From contig CAZIRI010000002.1 in assembly GCA_964541815.1 (NCBI GenBank), positions 21,074-68,496 of the forward strand: a DNA stretch of 47,423 nucleotides. Direction: 5' to 3'. Source of the stretch: an uncultured Lachnospiraceae bacterium (lineage in GTDB: Bacteria > Bacillota > Clostridia > Christensenellales > UBA1242). The notes beneath the pieces were generated by a model. That model did not search any database. It was not told the origin of the DNA and saw only the letters and a program-made list of their open reading frames with translations. Both the position numbers and the translations under genes were made by a program. Shown in pieces: positions 32,101-38,310 of the stretch (positions are counted from its first letter, which is position 1; every line of letters begins with the position of its first letter).

Positions 32101-35100
32101 AAGTTGTTGTTTTGTAGAGCAAAAGCACTCCACCCAAACTCTCATTTTCTGAATTTTCAACAGACAAAACTTGTGAGTATTTTTCCCCCAAAGAGACATC
32201 ATAAATCGTCAAATCTTCAACATCAACTCTTTTCATTTGTTGTGTGTTTTTCAGGTGCAAAAGTCCAAAGTTGACATTTTTGTCAAATGAAGATGAGTTT
32301 TCAGCGTCAATTTCCCAAACACTCGCATCAACCTTGACACCACCATCAACATTGATTTTTGTGTCACCTGTGATTGTTGTCACTTTTTCTGATGTTGCAT
32401 TTTTCCCTATATATGCATTCATTGTCACAGTTTCCACATCATTATTCACAGTTTTTTCTGTCACATAACAATTATACAAGTTAACAACATAACTCTTGCC
32501 CTCTTCATTTATTCCAGTTATTACAACTTGTGAAACATTCCCCAAATAAGCAAAGCATTCTTTGAATGTAATTCCCCCGACACTTGAATAACCAACAAAT
32601 GCGCAAACATTGCCACATGAAATGATTTTTTCACTATCAGGGTCATTCTCGCTTGCAAATGAATATATATAAGAATTGTTTATTGCTCCAACACCAGAAA
32701 TATCATATCCAATAATTCCACCAAAATATGACGTCTTTTCATCACCCACTTTCACGGTGATTTTGTTGTTTGAAGCATTCGAAAATTTGTAAAATTCAAA
32801 TCCACAATTTGCGATTTTGCTATTATGCAAACTCTCTTCAGTTCCTTCAATGTTTGTTGCTCCCACAATTCCGCCAACATAAGCATTTGAAGAAGATGTC
32901 ACATCAATTGAAACGCCATAAGCATAACAATTCAAAATTTCTCCCGCATTGTTGCCTGCAAAAGCACCGACATATATGTCTGTGTCAGCACTTTCACAAG
33001 AGAGTTTACTGCTCTTATAGTCGCTTGAATTTCCATTTTCATAATAGACATCAATCACACAATTTTCAATTACACCCGTTTCACAAACATTGTTTGCAAC
33101 AAAGCCCGAAAATTGAGAATTTGTTGAAGAAACCTCTCCAACAAAAGTGATATTGTCAATCGTTCCTTTCAAATTGTTGACAAATGCTTGACTTCCGTTT
33201 GTAAATTTCAATGTTCGAGTTTCGTCAGCAAAAATTTCTCCCGAAAATTCATTATAAGATTTCCAACCATCCAAAGTGATGTCGTTCACGATTTTGTAGG
33301 TGTAGGTTGTCACAATAGATTCAAGTTCGTCTTGATTTGTCACTTGAATTGCAGTTTCTCTGCTCTTTCCGTCCGCAATAGTGACAATAATTCTTTTTAT
33401 CACACTTGAATTCAAAACTTTTTCTTGTGCATCGTTGCGGAAGTAATTCAAATAATCACCTTCCCCGTTCACAATTTTGCTGTAATCATTTGCAAATGTT
33501 TGCCAATCCAAATAATCGGCAACCTCAACCGTTTGACCATTGCTGTCAACGGCTTTCTTATAAACCAAAATCTTTTCCGTTCCACCATTGATTTTCAGCA
33601 TATCCTTTGGCAAAACAAACAAATATCCATATCCGCCGTCATCGTTCGCAGTTCCGCTTATGCTCAAAGTCAAAATTTTTCCACCATTTCTTGAATCGAT
33701 ATTCAAAATGCTTGAAGCACCAGAAAGTGTGATAAATTTTGACACCAAATCAGTTGAATAAGCATTTGATGGAGAAACGCTCATTGAAACAACAAATTGC
33801 TTGTCTTTTGCATTGAGCGACTTCAAATTCAAATAAATCTTGTCGTCACTTGTTTGATTGTTCCAAGAGACTTTTTCAACTCTGTCCATGTTCTTTATTT
33901 CAAAACTTATTTGGGCGACTTTTTCAAACTTAACTTGTCTGTTGACACCCATATTTTGAGTCGTTGAATATTTCACCATCAACACATCACAAACAGGTGA
34001 CATTTGCCCATTTGTTGATTTTGCAGTCACACCAAATGTGATGTATCCACCAACAATATCAATCCCTGCGATTGTGTAATATGAATTTTCAAGATTTTCA
34101 TTAAGTTCTTCAAGATTTGACTCAAAAGAGATATCTTCCTTTGTCAAATATGTTGGAACAGAACGGTCAGTTCTTGTCGTTATTTTGACTGAAACAAAGG
34201 CCTTATCAGCATCCGCAGAACTCAAAGTTTCGCTTGTATACAAAACCTCTGATTTCACATTTGATGAGAATTGTTCAACATCATAGAAACTTTCAAGCAC
34301 AAAGAATCTTATCAAACTTTTACTCTCATGATTTTCATCGTATCCATTGAATGTGACCGCAATCAAATCTCTAAACTCTGCATTTGAAACAACAATTTTT
34401 TCGTCATTCATCACAAAACGAGTTTGTTCACTGTCAAGCAAATAGTTATACAAAGTGGAAATATCGGCAAGAGAAACAAGTGATTTATTTTCCCCCTCTC
34501 CGATATAACATTTCGCAATTTCGTCATCAGAATATTTCAAGCAACTGCGAATGAATGTGTCAGAATTCATTCCAGAGAAAACAGCATAATCAAAGATTGC
34601 TGACAATTGAACTTTCAATGCATCATCATTTGTTGCGACACCACTGTTTGAAGTTTTCAAAGCGCTTGTCACACTGTCCCTGTCGCCAAGTTCCGTCAAA
34701 TAAGAGATTGTATATTGATTTTCTTTGTCCAAGGTTGCTTTTTGAGTGTCAAAAGAGACAAGTGCAGTTGTCCCCGCTTCAATCATGATTTTTGCAATTG
34801 AATTTGCCGAATTGGAACCGTCAATTTCAATCTCGCCGTCACCCTTGACAAAGCCTTGCTCGCAATAAGAAGACAAGACATTGCTTGCGGAACCGTCCGC
34901 ATTCTTCACAGAAGCAGTCTGCAAAGGAATGAACGATTCAATATTAAACGAATTTGACGACTTGCCAACAACATGATAGAATCCAAAAGTTGACACACCC
35001 TCAAAGTTTATCGCATCAAGACTCACCGTCAAGCCAACAACAATAAATTTCCCCTCATCATTATCCTGACTTTTTAACAAGGATATTGGAGAATATTCAA

Positions 35101-36787
35101 AATTGCTGTTGCCACTGCTCACGAGAGAAAGTCCAGCAATTGCAGTGATTCCGTCAATTTTCAACTTAAAATCTTTTGTTCTTGTCGAATTTTTACTTGA
35201 AGAAATGTAAGTTGTGGCATCTTCAAGTTCAACCGCATTGCCCTCATCATCAATAATGGAAACATTTAGACTTTCTTCATCAATATCAACTTCATACAAA
35301 TTGAAATAAATTTTTGTTCTTGCAGAATTTGGACTGCTGACTGAAACAAATTCAAATTCAATGCCACTCAATGATGCGGAAGCACTCCCAACTGAAACAT
35401 ACACTTTTGAGCCAACAGTGATTTCTTCGCTTTTTCCATTTTCATCAAATGTCAAAAATTTGTTGTTGCACCAAAATTTCACAGTTTCATCGCCAACATC
35501 CTTGTTGTTTCTTTGAATGTAGCAAGAATAACTGTCAAGCGAAACATCAGTAGGTGTGATTGAATATCCAATGCAATACCCATGACCATTTTGATATGCC
35601 GAATTTGAGAAAATATCAATCGTTTGATTGTTTATGTTTTCATTTTTTTCATTGAGCAAATCAACCCTTTCAGCAACATAACAAGTCTCAATCAAAATCA
35701 AAGATTTGTCCTGTGTTGTTATGTCATAGTTATAGCCCTTGTAATGCACATCGAGATAAAATTCAAAATCGCCAAAAAGCCTGTTCGCTCTTTCGTTGTT
35801 GTATGCGTCAACAGCGAAAGTGTAGACCTTTTCACTTGAAGAATCTGTTGTGGCAGATTCGACCGTGTATGTGAAATATTTTTGATTTGTCACACTGATA
35901 GAAACTTTTTCCTTTCCACTTCTCATTTGAATGATTGGGAGAAATTCAACTTCACAATTTGAGTCAACCGTCAAAGCCCCCGTCAGTTTTGAACGGCCAG
36001 TGTCATTTCTCTTCAAAGACACTGACACAGACTCACCCTCAACACCAGCACCAATCAAAGTTTTGTCACCGTTTTCAGTTCCAATCACAAAACTTTTGAT
36101 TGTGGAATTGTTGAGAACGGCAAGTTCAACGCTCTTTGTTATTTGAGAGTTTTCAGTGTAGGTTGCAACAACAGTCACACTGCCCAGTGCATATTCATCA
36201 GAAACGGACAACACTCCATTTTCGATTTTTGCACCACTAACTTCACTCTCCAAAGACCATTCAACATCAACAATGTTTGCTGTCACAGGTTCGAAAGTGA
36301 AGAAATCTTCAAAAGCGAGATTTTTGTCAACACCTTTCACAACAAAATTGTTTGAATCTCCATTTGGAAGATTTTTGTTCAAATCACTGAAACTTTCAAC
36401 ACCCGTGTAGACTTTCACAGAGATAAGTTCAAATTGAGAAGAGTCTTCAAGAGAAGAAACTTTCACGATTGCGTCACCACTGCTCTTGTCTTCGGCTGTC
36501 CTTATGTTGAACGCATATTTGTTGTTCGCCTTTCTTTTTGTCGTGTATGTATTTTCCAAAGTCACACACTGCCCAGACACGCATTCAACAACAATTCCAA
36601 GATCCGAATTTTTGACATTGACCTCGACTTCACTCACCTGATAATCCTTGTCAGACACCTCATAGTTTGAAGTAAGTTCCACACTTTGCGTCGAAACAGA
36701 AAGCGACACTTTCTTGTCACAAGCCGTGAGAGTCACTCCGCCGAGCATCATCAAAATTCCCACAAAAATATATGCAATTTTTTTCAT
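17150..36787 (-). CDS. Giant 6545 aa surface lipoprotein (Ig-like stalk segments, about six GLUG/beta-helix modules, Gly-rich linker, C-terminal tip)
   Basis: Uninterrupted 19,638 bp ORF; SD GGGAGG; lipobox LTA-C; more than 20 [YIV]xGG[IV]VG (GLUG-like) motifs; module headers such as PTQIATAEDF...YMLVNDIVL...FDGNGYVI and NPIIIRSAEDF...YRLVHDIDL...FSGIFDGNGFAI; no C-terminal TM helix, LPxTG or SLH motif seen. Confidence 0.92.
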   Translation of the reverse strand: MKKIAYIFVGILMMLGGVTLTACDKKVSLSVSTQSVELTSNYEVSDKDYQVSEVEVNVKNSDLGIVVECVSGQCVTLENTYTTKRKANNKYAFNIRTAEDKSSGDAIVKVSSLEDSSQFELISVKVYTGVESFSDLNKNLPNGDSNNFVVKGVDKNLAFEDFFTFEPVTANIVDVEWSLESEVSGAKIENGVLSVSDEYALGSVTVVATYTENSQITKSVELAVLNNSTIKSFVIGTENGDKTLIGAGVEGESVSVSLKRNDTGRSKLTGALTVDSNCEVEFLPIIQMRSGKEKVSISVTNQKYFTYTVESATTDSSSEKVYTFAVDAYNNERANRLFGDFEFYLDVHYKGYNYDITTQDKSLILIETCYVAERVDLLNEKNENINNQTIDIFSNSAYQNGHGYCIGYSITPTDVSLDSYSCYIQRNNKDVGDETVKFWCNNKFLTFDENGKSEEITVGSKVYVSVGSASASLSGIEFEFVSVSSPNSARTKIYFNLYEVDIDEESLNVSIIDDEGNAVELEDATTYISSSKNSTRTKDFKLKIDGITAIAGLSLVSSGNSNFEYSPISLLKSQDNDEGKFIVVGLTVSLDAINFEGVSTFGFYHVVGKSSNSFNIESFIPLQTASVKNADGSASNVLSSYCEQGFVKGDGEIEIDGSNSANSIAKIMIEAGTTALVSFDTQKATLDKENQYTISYLTELGDRDSVTSALKTSNSGVATNDDALKVQLSAIFDYAVFSGMNSDTFIRSCLKYSDDEIAKCYIGEGENKSLVSLADISTLYNYLLDSEQTRFVMNDEKIVVSNAEFRDLIAVTFNGYDENHESKSLIRFFVLESFYDVEQFSSNVKSEVLYTSETLSSADADKAFVSVKITTRTDRSVPTYLTKEDISFESNLEELNENLENSYYTIAGIDIVGGYITFGVTAKSTNGQMSPVCDVLMVKYSTTQNMGVNRQVKFEKVAQISFEIKNMDRVEKVSWNNQTSDDKIYLNLKSLNAKDKQFVVSMSVSPSNAYSTDLVSKFITLSGASSILNIDSRNGGKILTLSISGTANDDGGYGYLFVLPKDMLKINGGTEKILVYKKAVDSNGQTVEVADYLDWQTFANDYSKIVNGEGDYLNYFRNDAQEKVLNSSVIKRIIVTIADGKSRETAIQVTNQDELESIVTTYTYKIVNDITLDGWKSYNEFSGEIFADETRTLKFTNGSQAFVNNLKGTIDNITFVGEVSSTNSQFSGFVANNVCETGVIENCVIDVYYENGNSSDYKSSKLSCESADTDIYVGAFAGNNAGEILNCYAYGVSIDVTSSSNAYVGGIVGATNIEGTEESLHNSKIANCGFEFYKFSNASNNKITVKVGDEKTSYFGGIIGYDISGVGAINNSYIYSFASENDPDSEKIISCGNVCAFVGYSSVGGITFKECFAYLGNVSQVVITGINEEGKSYVVNLYNCYVTEKTVNNDVETVTMNAYIGKNATSEKVTTITGDTKINVDGGVKVDASVWEIDAENSSSFDKNVNFGLLHLKNTQQMKRVDVEDLTIYDVSLGEKYSQVLSVENSENESLGGVLLLYKTTTSLADATEKTQLERFNTISIKNMLNLTDKEAKSVVLTTGSSNVSLTADSIKLLSRNVSEFDIVVHSKTDFSKTKTFKFVVVYSLPELSTRVDGVEFDDGVSLYVQTGVNNIKTVHYGTTNSISLGDGSSSYILSKENYNVSCELSDNTYDEENEYVTASEEGSRLLLQANKAHGEKSSSKVKSYVYVDLNDDKIMGETTTVQTGTGTKVETTFIQFVEKSIGQAITRIFNVVSYDGAKSLVLENANSLVVKASQYASFVAVMTTDSEDDNLVVGLKYGDVELAPTGSETSKSFVVDNDLTLDVSWTKTSVSSGVYRFNVLVKVAENSKHKITHDYDDLTLIVNAKSQSQNTSMLKTVDLSVQVQNIEDTTILTYGITNRYLRDSVLYYNTENKVVSTFSPASEGIVSVVLDPVYANLTHFTLTYEATGESVGIVNFTRLVNDSRFGFYYDQKNSSALSDGSGIRVDLTDTDKQGDGVFYFRMYVSSTFASKSSVKLTLSCYNGKELAWSGSYNFAVDFKGEATVLVNGDTTCILAKGDSATVTITVDADQSLDNMYLVNNKSNIFLTTPTYEIVGTQKIYTATLTALVDATLVGESIDESVSSGIFYVCASVKNVVAGIEEIKTTQATVCLVDFSVDADNISLTTKSGTATYNGKNYDRYYVYIGETSSLSFDYPLVPEEYNYVYTNTSQKEAVDELNKNRQSFALNGYYKDDKVGYYINYDVDSMTGSAKELTLVDRLWYATSESSAVAVDRNGEIVSNNYFTLKQSENSLDSTPYTELQVTGKRAGTQLMKLETVVVSQGVKFVYEYYFVIVVEVWTDEDTPTQIATAEDFVAMASGETAGDYMLVNDIVLQNYTPISTDNINSFDGNGYVIYLDSFASQSGEILNLALFDSVAENTTLKNVTVNIYNGGQIAIDVSQYSTANIAGFALSNEGIIYNCQVVSFYDGLQNNSSQFSDGTENGLVVTYTKGKSDSVILTTQMDKEYSIAGFVMTNSSSITNCRVGGDSLKYIDNIAGTDYVNSIDLGTFTISGQGNIAGFVYQNDGSVSASFVKDVQITNKMEYNASQTAGFVLTNNGDIQTSYVEGVKGTQTSEEVIVHNNVTNIKSAGIVAGFVYENANLVKNSYANIAIEKTENKAFMVAGFVYQNDDTGTVTLCYSACEIDSSDIGEMQFSGIDGSENSLNNGTISNSYFYHESRVDDTIQSKMASGATALHDVDDMDSFYGFSFASDDGDYNGIWKMTTNGIALVSANEIAISNRCVVAGDDETYKVFYNRNIRDAKTLSYVDLTYGSDSNPIIIRSAEDFAKAMGNAGTTEISSYKSYYSDTEVFGNYRLVHDIDLSEIQQNAESSSTLKLTTMSKTFSGIFDGNGFAIQNISLAGSSSDEDFGLFARLSDAVIMGVDLTVDSVHNSQAMIVGVLAGTATDSRIISVSLAPTENSETGNVFVQGNNIVGGVVGIFMGESVMSDIHIENMQVFSVYYSSKTKTAVDSNKMRTLSSSLDSGASLKDVAGTISYAGAVAGYVDVYSSGSENYIKFSSNIEMSDCSILSVRVSDSIEVYAEVAGGIFGYVGKNTLVYDATLTLDADMALSNQSHIISKNLYAGGLVGENYGGLFAVSASYEESLQEVIESNEHAFYNGSTSVEKGQQSIFSYTTNDTGYAENINNPLFIGGLVGYMGGGYINIGYNKLNVISHGSNTVAVGGIVGVVGYTSNDYKLSITTDECYVGVTLYGVYSSGDVEILSNDGVSDRVASGIVGAMEIIADEKGVGSNATKLCIKDAMALNYLTNLKDSEGNLTNVTNGVSSTHALLIGTLYAVDKKDSSIRYSNENRSLSSSIYLLNTLNDIVIDLKVGGEFNGDESGSKTVGGYTKYTINKTDVNINICGFGSGNYNYRTTQSDCVLEAQFIGDSSMSTMSYAFSRMYKYFLMNGWEEKYWVHDTGSLFPEINLTPRNDVIYWDAYTESTDDVFKCIQEGKKVTIVVRGLTSDDDNCNTVKDIDLSTYNYNGVKFSELTFKGKLLGYNEYMGIQKNAYSFQINKEGTGGQSSSSPVGIILNGSSLFNSLEGATIQGVPIYMNVNISRSVIADRAITSIIRKVDVVYGGDVTMNGVTSGGASSAGLFVPDALSTSFETVNFLWKVSSNDSGATTVTMNVGTGNEQMAYAGLIAGQIHETNSYTNVVISDINFGVYNNSEAKLKLNVVISAKLKTDDSKLYAGLYAGLISQEEYNVPIGLEIPQIENVTIKASSNKNDCIGGNACIGGVAGKAVISSASYSAKADETADAKGMTIVVGGCANAYAGLIFGELGNATMELKSQYTGAKIVGKILSEGNSVTNADIGGIVGKTNSATVSVNGILIDLIVGNTTNSVVTETLEEFDKNQENYDLDKYSFESTNLYVGGVVGESVGGTISFSGNLQIDGGVFAKTTANEKTTANAYAGGMIGTAQDTRIGISANVVNNLNIYAKATTTTTTTTTAHIGGVVGNAQGVGFTCNGSALCEYNGITIVDSSEIVFGGAVGNGVNLSSDTGLSNIYYGGALKVFGEALNGGQLTVGGVIGQVGSSNGFTISKCYAYGDVMIMYGQNSADRLSQYIFGGIVGNVNISSGNENNASQTININGCYSLLTNFNDRVSTTQSSNDVTATTNDHIGAIVGQNADKVSCSENYYNSSVCMAYQYENENFDVGYVSGGFDGYSTKKTENILAKFSSISGVSGAKINPYQGYSSYKTAVNAKTVGNSHGITWINLNETEWTNNIDNNLKDVMFVGNGQTVKVKGNDTDKDFYTNKHFIGGFVNELGTADENKIEAHFSGISGVVFDLDIAVDVKYDGSIVNFGGIVGKTSGHTFIYGVGVEGKLSVGGKEAGQYVRLAGMIGDMEDGFVNECYVDADIIFRAGPDKVDNNKNSYQSVVSGIANVWNGQTTIKATYSSGKILRYVDAPVATFVYSGKSIGNTKNDIEDCYSITQIEDINALGSGNCSSEKKFVVGNSVNILGSVIDASQDTTAISIVKKYDGNDFAVGYDNEKIVSIKGFGIKKDTTSYATENNWYYSKHTNYGYASHGFGYLKNVTTYRFVKTTDEKGETTETFEKFAYSDLVNEDGTYKEISDAYYEILSASKLNQIISYAKNVSNPQISTTLRYDIKGDNLTWNQTVSLNLDGQNHTISFTEIKSSALFNVLTGNISNLRISGLNVSGASGILAETIEGDLTNLTVTGSLTTTKTLAGGIAKTLQGNASYIEAVVNVTATQGGIVGGLFGEVNGRDGGKIGVIDHLTNNGRVILTDSSSTRTGLSIKVTKLNSDAPMTFVTKDNNVVTASINAIAGGIVGQMDDGAISNSYNSNSILANYSGAGKTKNSISGGIVGYMIGGSIKSCDNAGLVGSGMTSSTGYNYAGGIVGYAQSGTVSSCTNGGAVQALGAKSGSYKITVATSGTAKIEIATTEPDDLEYTITMTYNSGSNRLVNAYGIGYSESADVIDSSNTSSDNNILNQGNVGEISVTSTLTFARKAELAQQNGGDYEAKFVSSVHAETFTSGDKESIKGKIGCTISAYDSYGFPLRLYATDTMTRSLTTTNPLYKDLTAVLGINEGSTNLYGKYTLNDKGKYSESTKFHSIGGTTGTAYISDGLKQDLTYPSSSILGSINYKAWLGNDAKENEYNGYDSILSYLNKMSAGNGTKFVTASGYKENDLNDKLQEIDDAINNEINDDDGFEHFTINGTTASIAKNRDGVLISLYPYTYTAEFKFDGEVSRDKLSFGVSSGDLFNVVMINEITATANGDKTTSIVSATFYYTEKQTTTPTFTCTMNDVISGSGTAYKNNLTYDENNGYLHLDLSEESVTLTKNDTITSVVLGGTTIYNSTNNKICTCDSHDKCVKIEYSNIIENLKNNDSWTINISTSSTKNEQKDVYVGNGISSGEVISLSSTENFIFKTIGDSFTLTAQNYAEKKVSLSEDSITISELIEKVSKGTSKYVFTNGSDITVDRLTLKAGAFKLLAEIENGTWNVTTEGGQYVEDGAYDQTVYAVEKTANEGKESEYTYYQLAVTAGSETDTTYKVSESVYNAIQNNSLTITSLDNKTTWKVVGTANSLTGTIVNGNFVVNFFTYDASTSTLSGALSGLDKFYYPNEVSVTGDNYTEERTTTYNKIICVEPELMYNSGSTWKSVDKLTRISSNEVMTDSGLGSGEYEFKYAYKYYIINGNSDNGYLIEVSDKSGGNKQVYIRGGSISADKTCITTISPNDTTSTYAGGNISVTTTTMQYVDESGKAIDKDNLSGSSGLFTNDRGSVTIQVTEKDGSITTSYTYDNSGFYGATGGNNIITDGSVVTVNKDGTITTTLSATVDGNNLKLNGDIGTNYNKKVYAVEKTANEGTETYTYYQLEVTGSGEAYNVTENFYNLIASGTEFVGAKDENGNIDGYAAKATNSYLLDASNYKAIAVGVNAFAILDKSCIVDQVNSNYSQLKTSLWTSEKLTIQKVFNGKITCGNTNDYATLEKSIEKSIGKKVSNVTKVEVSIGGTTTSYETTDKVEMTATSSKGNEFSYKVYTSTTQSYSGTAGDSESANSVGILILGHDIAMRDTKIDSIPSSIVGQGFAMNFITSTNSGSVLGKGTTGSGSFIKDTIVVAQVNDSDTATFTNYSMLTTTNDTSTLTNISFYGTMRNIHGGHGTIYTIGEIGESETTSSISSYVTMVGLSTTGGITTTLKANTTPTTADILIAGSSIKGKNGTQGTNNGEDGGNGDDGYAGGNVDGDTLISHEGYDSIPGYGGDGANGTFSGVAKGGGAGGHAGKAVTSGSYISSFTNQYGGNGGAGSVGIVDSDNDKFYSSANGGTAGSNSDAEQTASRGSDGGSSAYSETKNEANNNKKFTKYCAAIANGATIANFTQWNTTLDKVWWSARHDVYSRYHVDDNECGYTTEINNNITGTPSSLANCGLVSGNNGTGNSVKVSTFYVYSASTMSASKNALYAKYTAKHYGTVAWTSGETLNGAGEAGYAIQAS
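18994..20075 (-). repeat. Dispersed in-gene duplication (copies at 18994-19064 and 20002-20075)
   Basis: 35 bp identical (tgccttcatttgctgttttctccacagcatagact at 19030 and 20041) plus an adjacent 28/29 bp match (18994 vs 20002); encodes VYAVEKTANEG..YTYYQL.VT twice. Confidence 0.9.
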
Positions 36788-36836
36788 CGTTTGTCCCTCC
36801 CAAAAGAAGACATAATCTCTTTTTGCTTATATAAAT

Positions 36837-36866
36837 ATTATATATAAAATACACAAATAAAGTCAA
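36837..36866 (-). promoter_or_regulatory. SigA-type promoter of the giant lipoprotein gene
   Basis: TTGACT (36866-36861), 18 bp, TATAAT (36842-36837); a second TTGACA lies just upstream. Confidence 0.7.
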
Positions 36867-36890
36867 ATATTGTCAAAGAAAATCGAGAAA

Positions 36891-37076
36891 TAATTAAAAA
36901 TAATTAAAAAATAATTTTTTAATATTTTTTCACCTTTATTTTTCGCTTATAAAAAAAATTGATAAAAAATAATAAAAAAATACAAAAATATTATTTTTTT
37001 GCATTTTTTTTCACATTTTTTGCATTTTTTATTGATTTTTTGGTGTTTTTCTAAAATTATTTTTTTTGATATTTTT
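36891..37076. repeat. Helically phased A- and T-tracts (about 10 bp period) upstream of the giant gene promoter
   Basis: taattaaaaa x2, then aaaaaaaatt gataaaaaat aataaaaaaa tacaaaaata, then ttattttttt gcattttttt tcacattttt tgcatttttt attgattttt tggtgttttt. Confidence 0.75.
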
Positions 37077-37305
37077 TCATTGTCGACAAACCGCCTCGAA
37101 TATGCTTTTGAGAAAAATTCAAATCAAGCAATTTTTTCACATCAAAAAACAAATCTTTGTCCAATTCCTCCAACCTGTTTGACAAATCATTATGCACAGA
37201 GCTCTTGCTCAAATGAAAATATTTTGCAACACCTCGAACAGTGGATTTTTCTTCAATAAAAAATTTTGCCTCACTCAAAACCCTTTCTTTGATATACGAT
37301 TTCAT
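37057..37305 (-). CDS. spoIIID: Sporulation transcriptional regulator SpoIIID
   Basis: MKSYIKERV...KSTVRGVAKYFHLSKSSVHNDLSNRL...KHIRGGLSTMKKY; SD GGGAGG before ATG 37305. Confidence 0.95.
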   Translation of the reverse strand: MKSYIKERVLSEAKFFIEEKSTVRGVAKYFHLSKSSVHNDLSNRLEELDKDLFFDVKKLLDLNFSQKHIRGGLSTMKKYQKK

Positions 37306-37323
37306 AAATTCCTCCCACACAAA

Positions 37324-37352
37324 AAAATATGTGAGAATTTGTCGATTTATGA
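37324..37352 (-). promoter_or_regulatory. SigE-like promoter of spoIIID
   Basis: Minus strand TCATAAA, 14 bp, CATATTTT; resembles the Bacillus SigE consensus (TCATATT-N14-CATACAAT-like), and spoIIID is a known SigE target. Confidence 0.65.
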
Positions 37353-37363
37353 GAATTTTTGTC

Positions 37364-37391
37364 AAAAAAAATAAACGACATCTGCCGTTTA
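37364..37391 (-). terminator. Intrinsic terminator of acpP
   Basis: Minus strand TAAACGGC-AGAT-GTCGTTTA-TTTTTTT overlapping the stop codon. Confidence 0.8.
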
Positions 37392-37619
37392 CTTTTTGCT
37401 TTCTTCAATCAAGTTTACTATATCGCCAATTGTTTTGATTTGTCCAATTTTCTCATCCGGAATTGATATGCCATATTCATCTTCCAATGTCATAAGCATT
37501 TCGATAACATCAAGAGAATCTGCACCCAAATCTTCGACAACATTTGATTCCATCTTCACTTTTTCTTTTGATATTCCAAGTTGTTCAGAAACCAAAAGAG
37601 CCACTTTTTCGAAAACCAT
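37389..37619 (-). CDS. acpP: Acyl carrier protein
   Basis: DLGADSLDVIEMLMTLEDEYGISIPDE with the phosphopantetheine Ser; SD GGAGG before ATG 37619. Confidence 0.95.
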   Translation of the reverse strand: MVFEKVALLVSEQLGISKEKVKMESNVVEDLGADSLDVIEMLMTLEDEYGISIPDEKIGQIKTIGDIVNLIEESKK

Positions 37620-37638
37620 ATTGACCTCCATGTTCTAT

Positions 37639-37667
37639 ATAATATCATATTTCAACACGAAAATCAA
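37639..37667 (-). promoter_or_regulatory. SigA-type promoter of acpP
   Basis: TTGATT, 17 bp, TATTAT, with extended -10 TG. Confidence 0.7.
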
Positions 37668-37689
37668 CTTTTTTATCAAAAAATCTCAA

Positions 37690-38256
37690 TTATTTACTTT
37701 GTAAATCAAGATAATTGTTTGGGTCAACCTCCACTCCATTTTGCAACAAAACAAAATGCAAATGATTTCCAGATGAAAGTTCATTTCCAGCAGTTGTGGA
37801 AGCCGTGCCAATCAAATCTCCAACCACAACGGACGAGCCAACAACAAGGTTTTGAATTTCTGCAAGAGAAGAATATTCACTCACAAACCCGTCCTTGTGT
37901 GAAATTTTGACAATATACCCGTCAAGAGAATTGTTGCCAATGCTTGTCACAACTCCATCAGCAACCGCCAAAACATTGTTATTGTCAGAAGCAAAATCAA
38001 CTGCCAAATGTATTTCCCAACGCCCTAAACTTTCATTAAATTGCAAATGGTCATCAGCATAATCTTTGACCACAACTGCATTTTCCATTGGCAATCCAAA
38101 ATGCAAACTCTCCGTTGAAACAACTTGCTCTTCAAGTTCAACTTCCTTTGGAGCAACATTCAAAGCGATTGCAAGAGCAATCAAACCGCATGCAACACAC
38201 CCACCACCAACAATTCCACACTTTTTCAAATACGCAAAAACTTTATTTTTTTTCAT
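37690..38256 (-). CDS. spoIIQ: M23/LytM peptidase with N-terminal TM anchor, SpoIIQ-like
   Basis: N-terminal TM helix; HLAVD (HxxxD) and GNHLHF (HxH) motifs; lies upstream of spoIIID as in the conserved spoIID-spoIIQ-spoIIID cluster; SD GGAGG before ATG 38256. Confidence 0.7.
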   Translation of the reverse strand: MKKNKVFAYLKKCGIVGGGCVACGLIALAIALNVAPKEVELEEQVVSTESLHFGLPMENAVVVKDYADDHLQFNESLGRWEIHLAVDFASDNNNVLAVADGVVTSIGNNSLDGYIVKISHKDGFVSEYSSLAEIQNLVVGSSVVVGDLIGTASTTAGNELSSGNHLHFVLLQNGVEVDPNNYLDLQSK

Positions 38257-38275
38257 TTTCACCCCTCCAAACACA

Positions 38276-38304
38276 ATGATTAACACATTTTTTTGCATTT
38301 ATAC
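38276..38304 (-). promoter_or_regulatory. Possible SigF/SigG-type promoter of the spoIIQ-like gene
   Basis: Minus strand GTATA, 15 bp, GTTAATCAT; the -35 and spacing match forespore sigma consensus, the -10 only partly. Confidence 0.45.
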
Positions 38305-38310
38305 AAAAAT

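Noticed and set aside
17150-36787. Giant protein as a ZmpB/IgA1-type M26 metalloprotease or an RTX protein
   Set aside because: It has GLUG-like repeats, but I found no HExxH motif and no GGxGxDxL RTX nonamers by eye.
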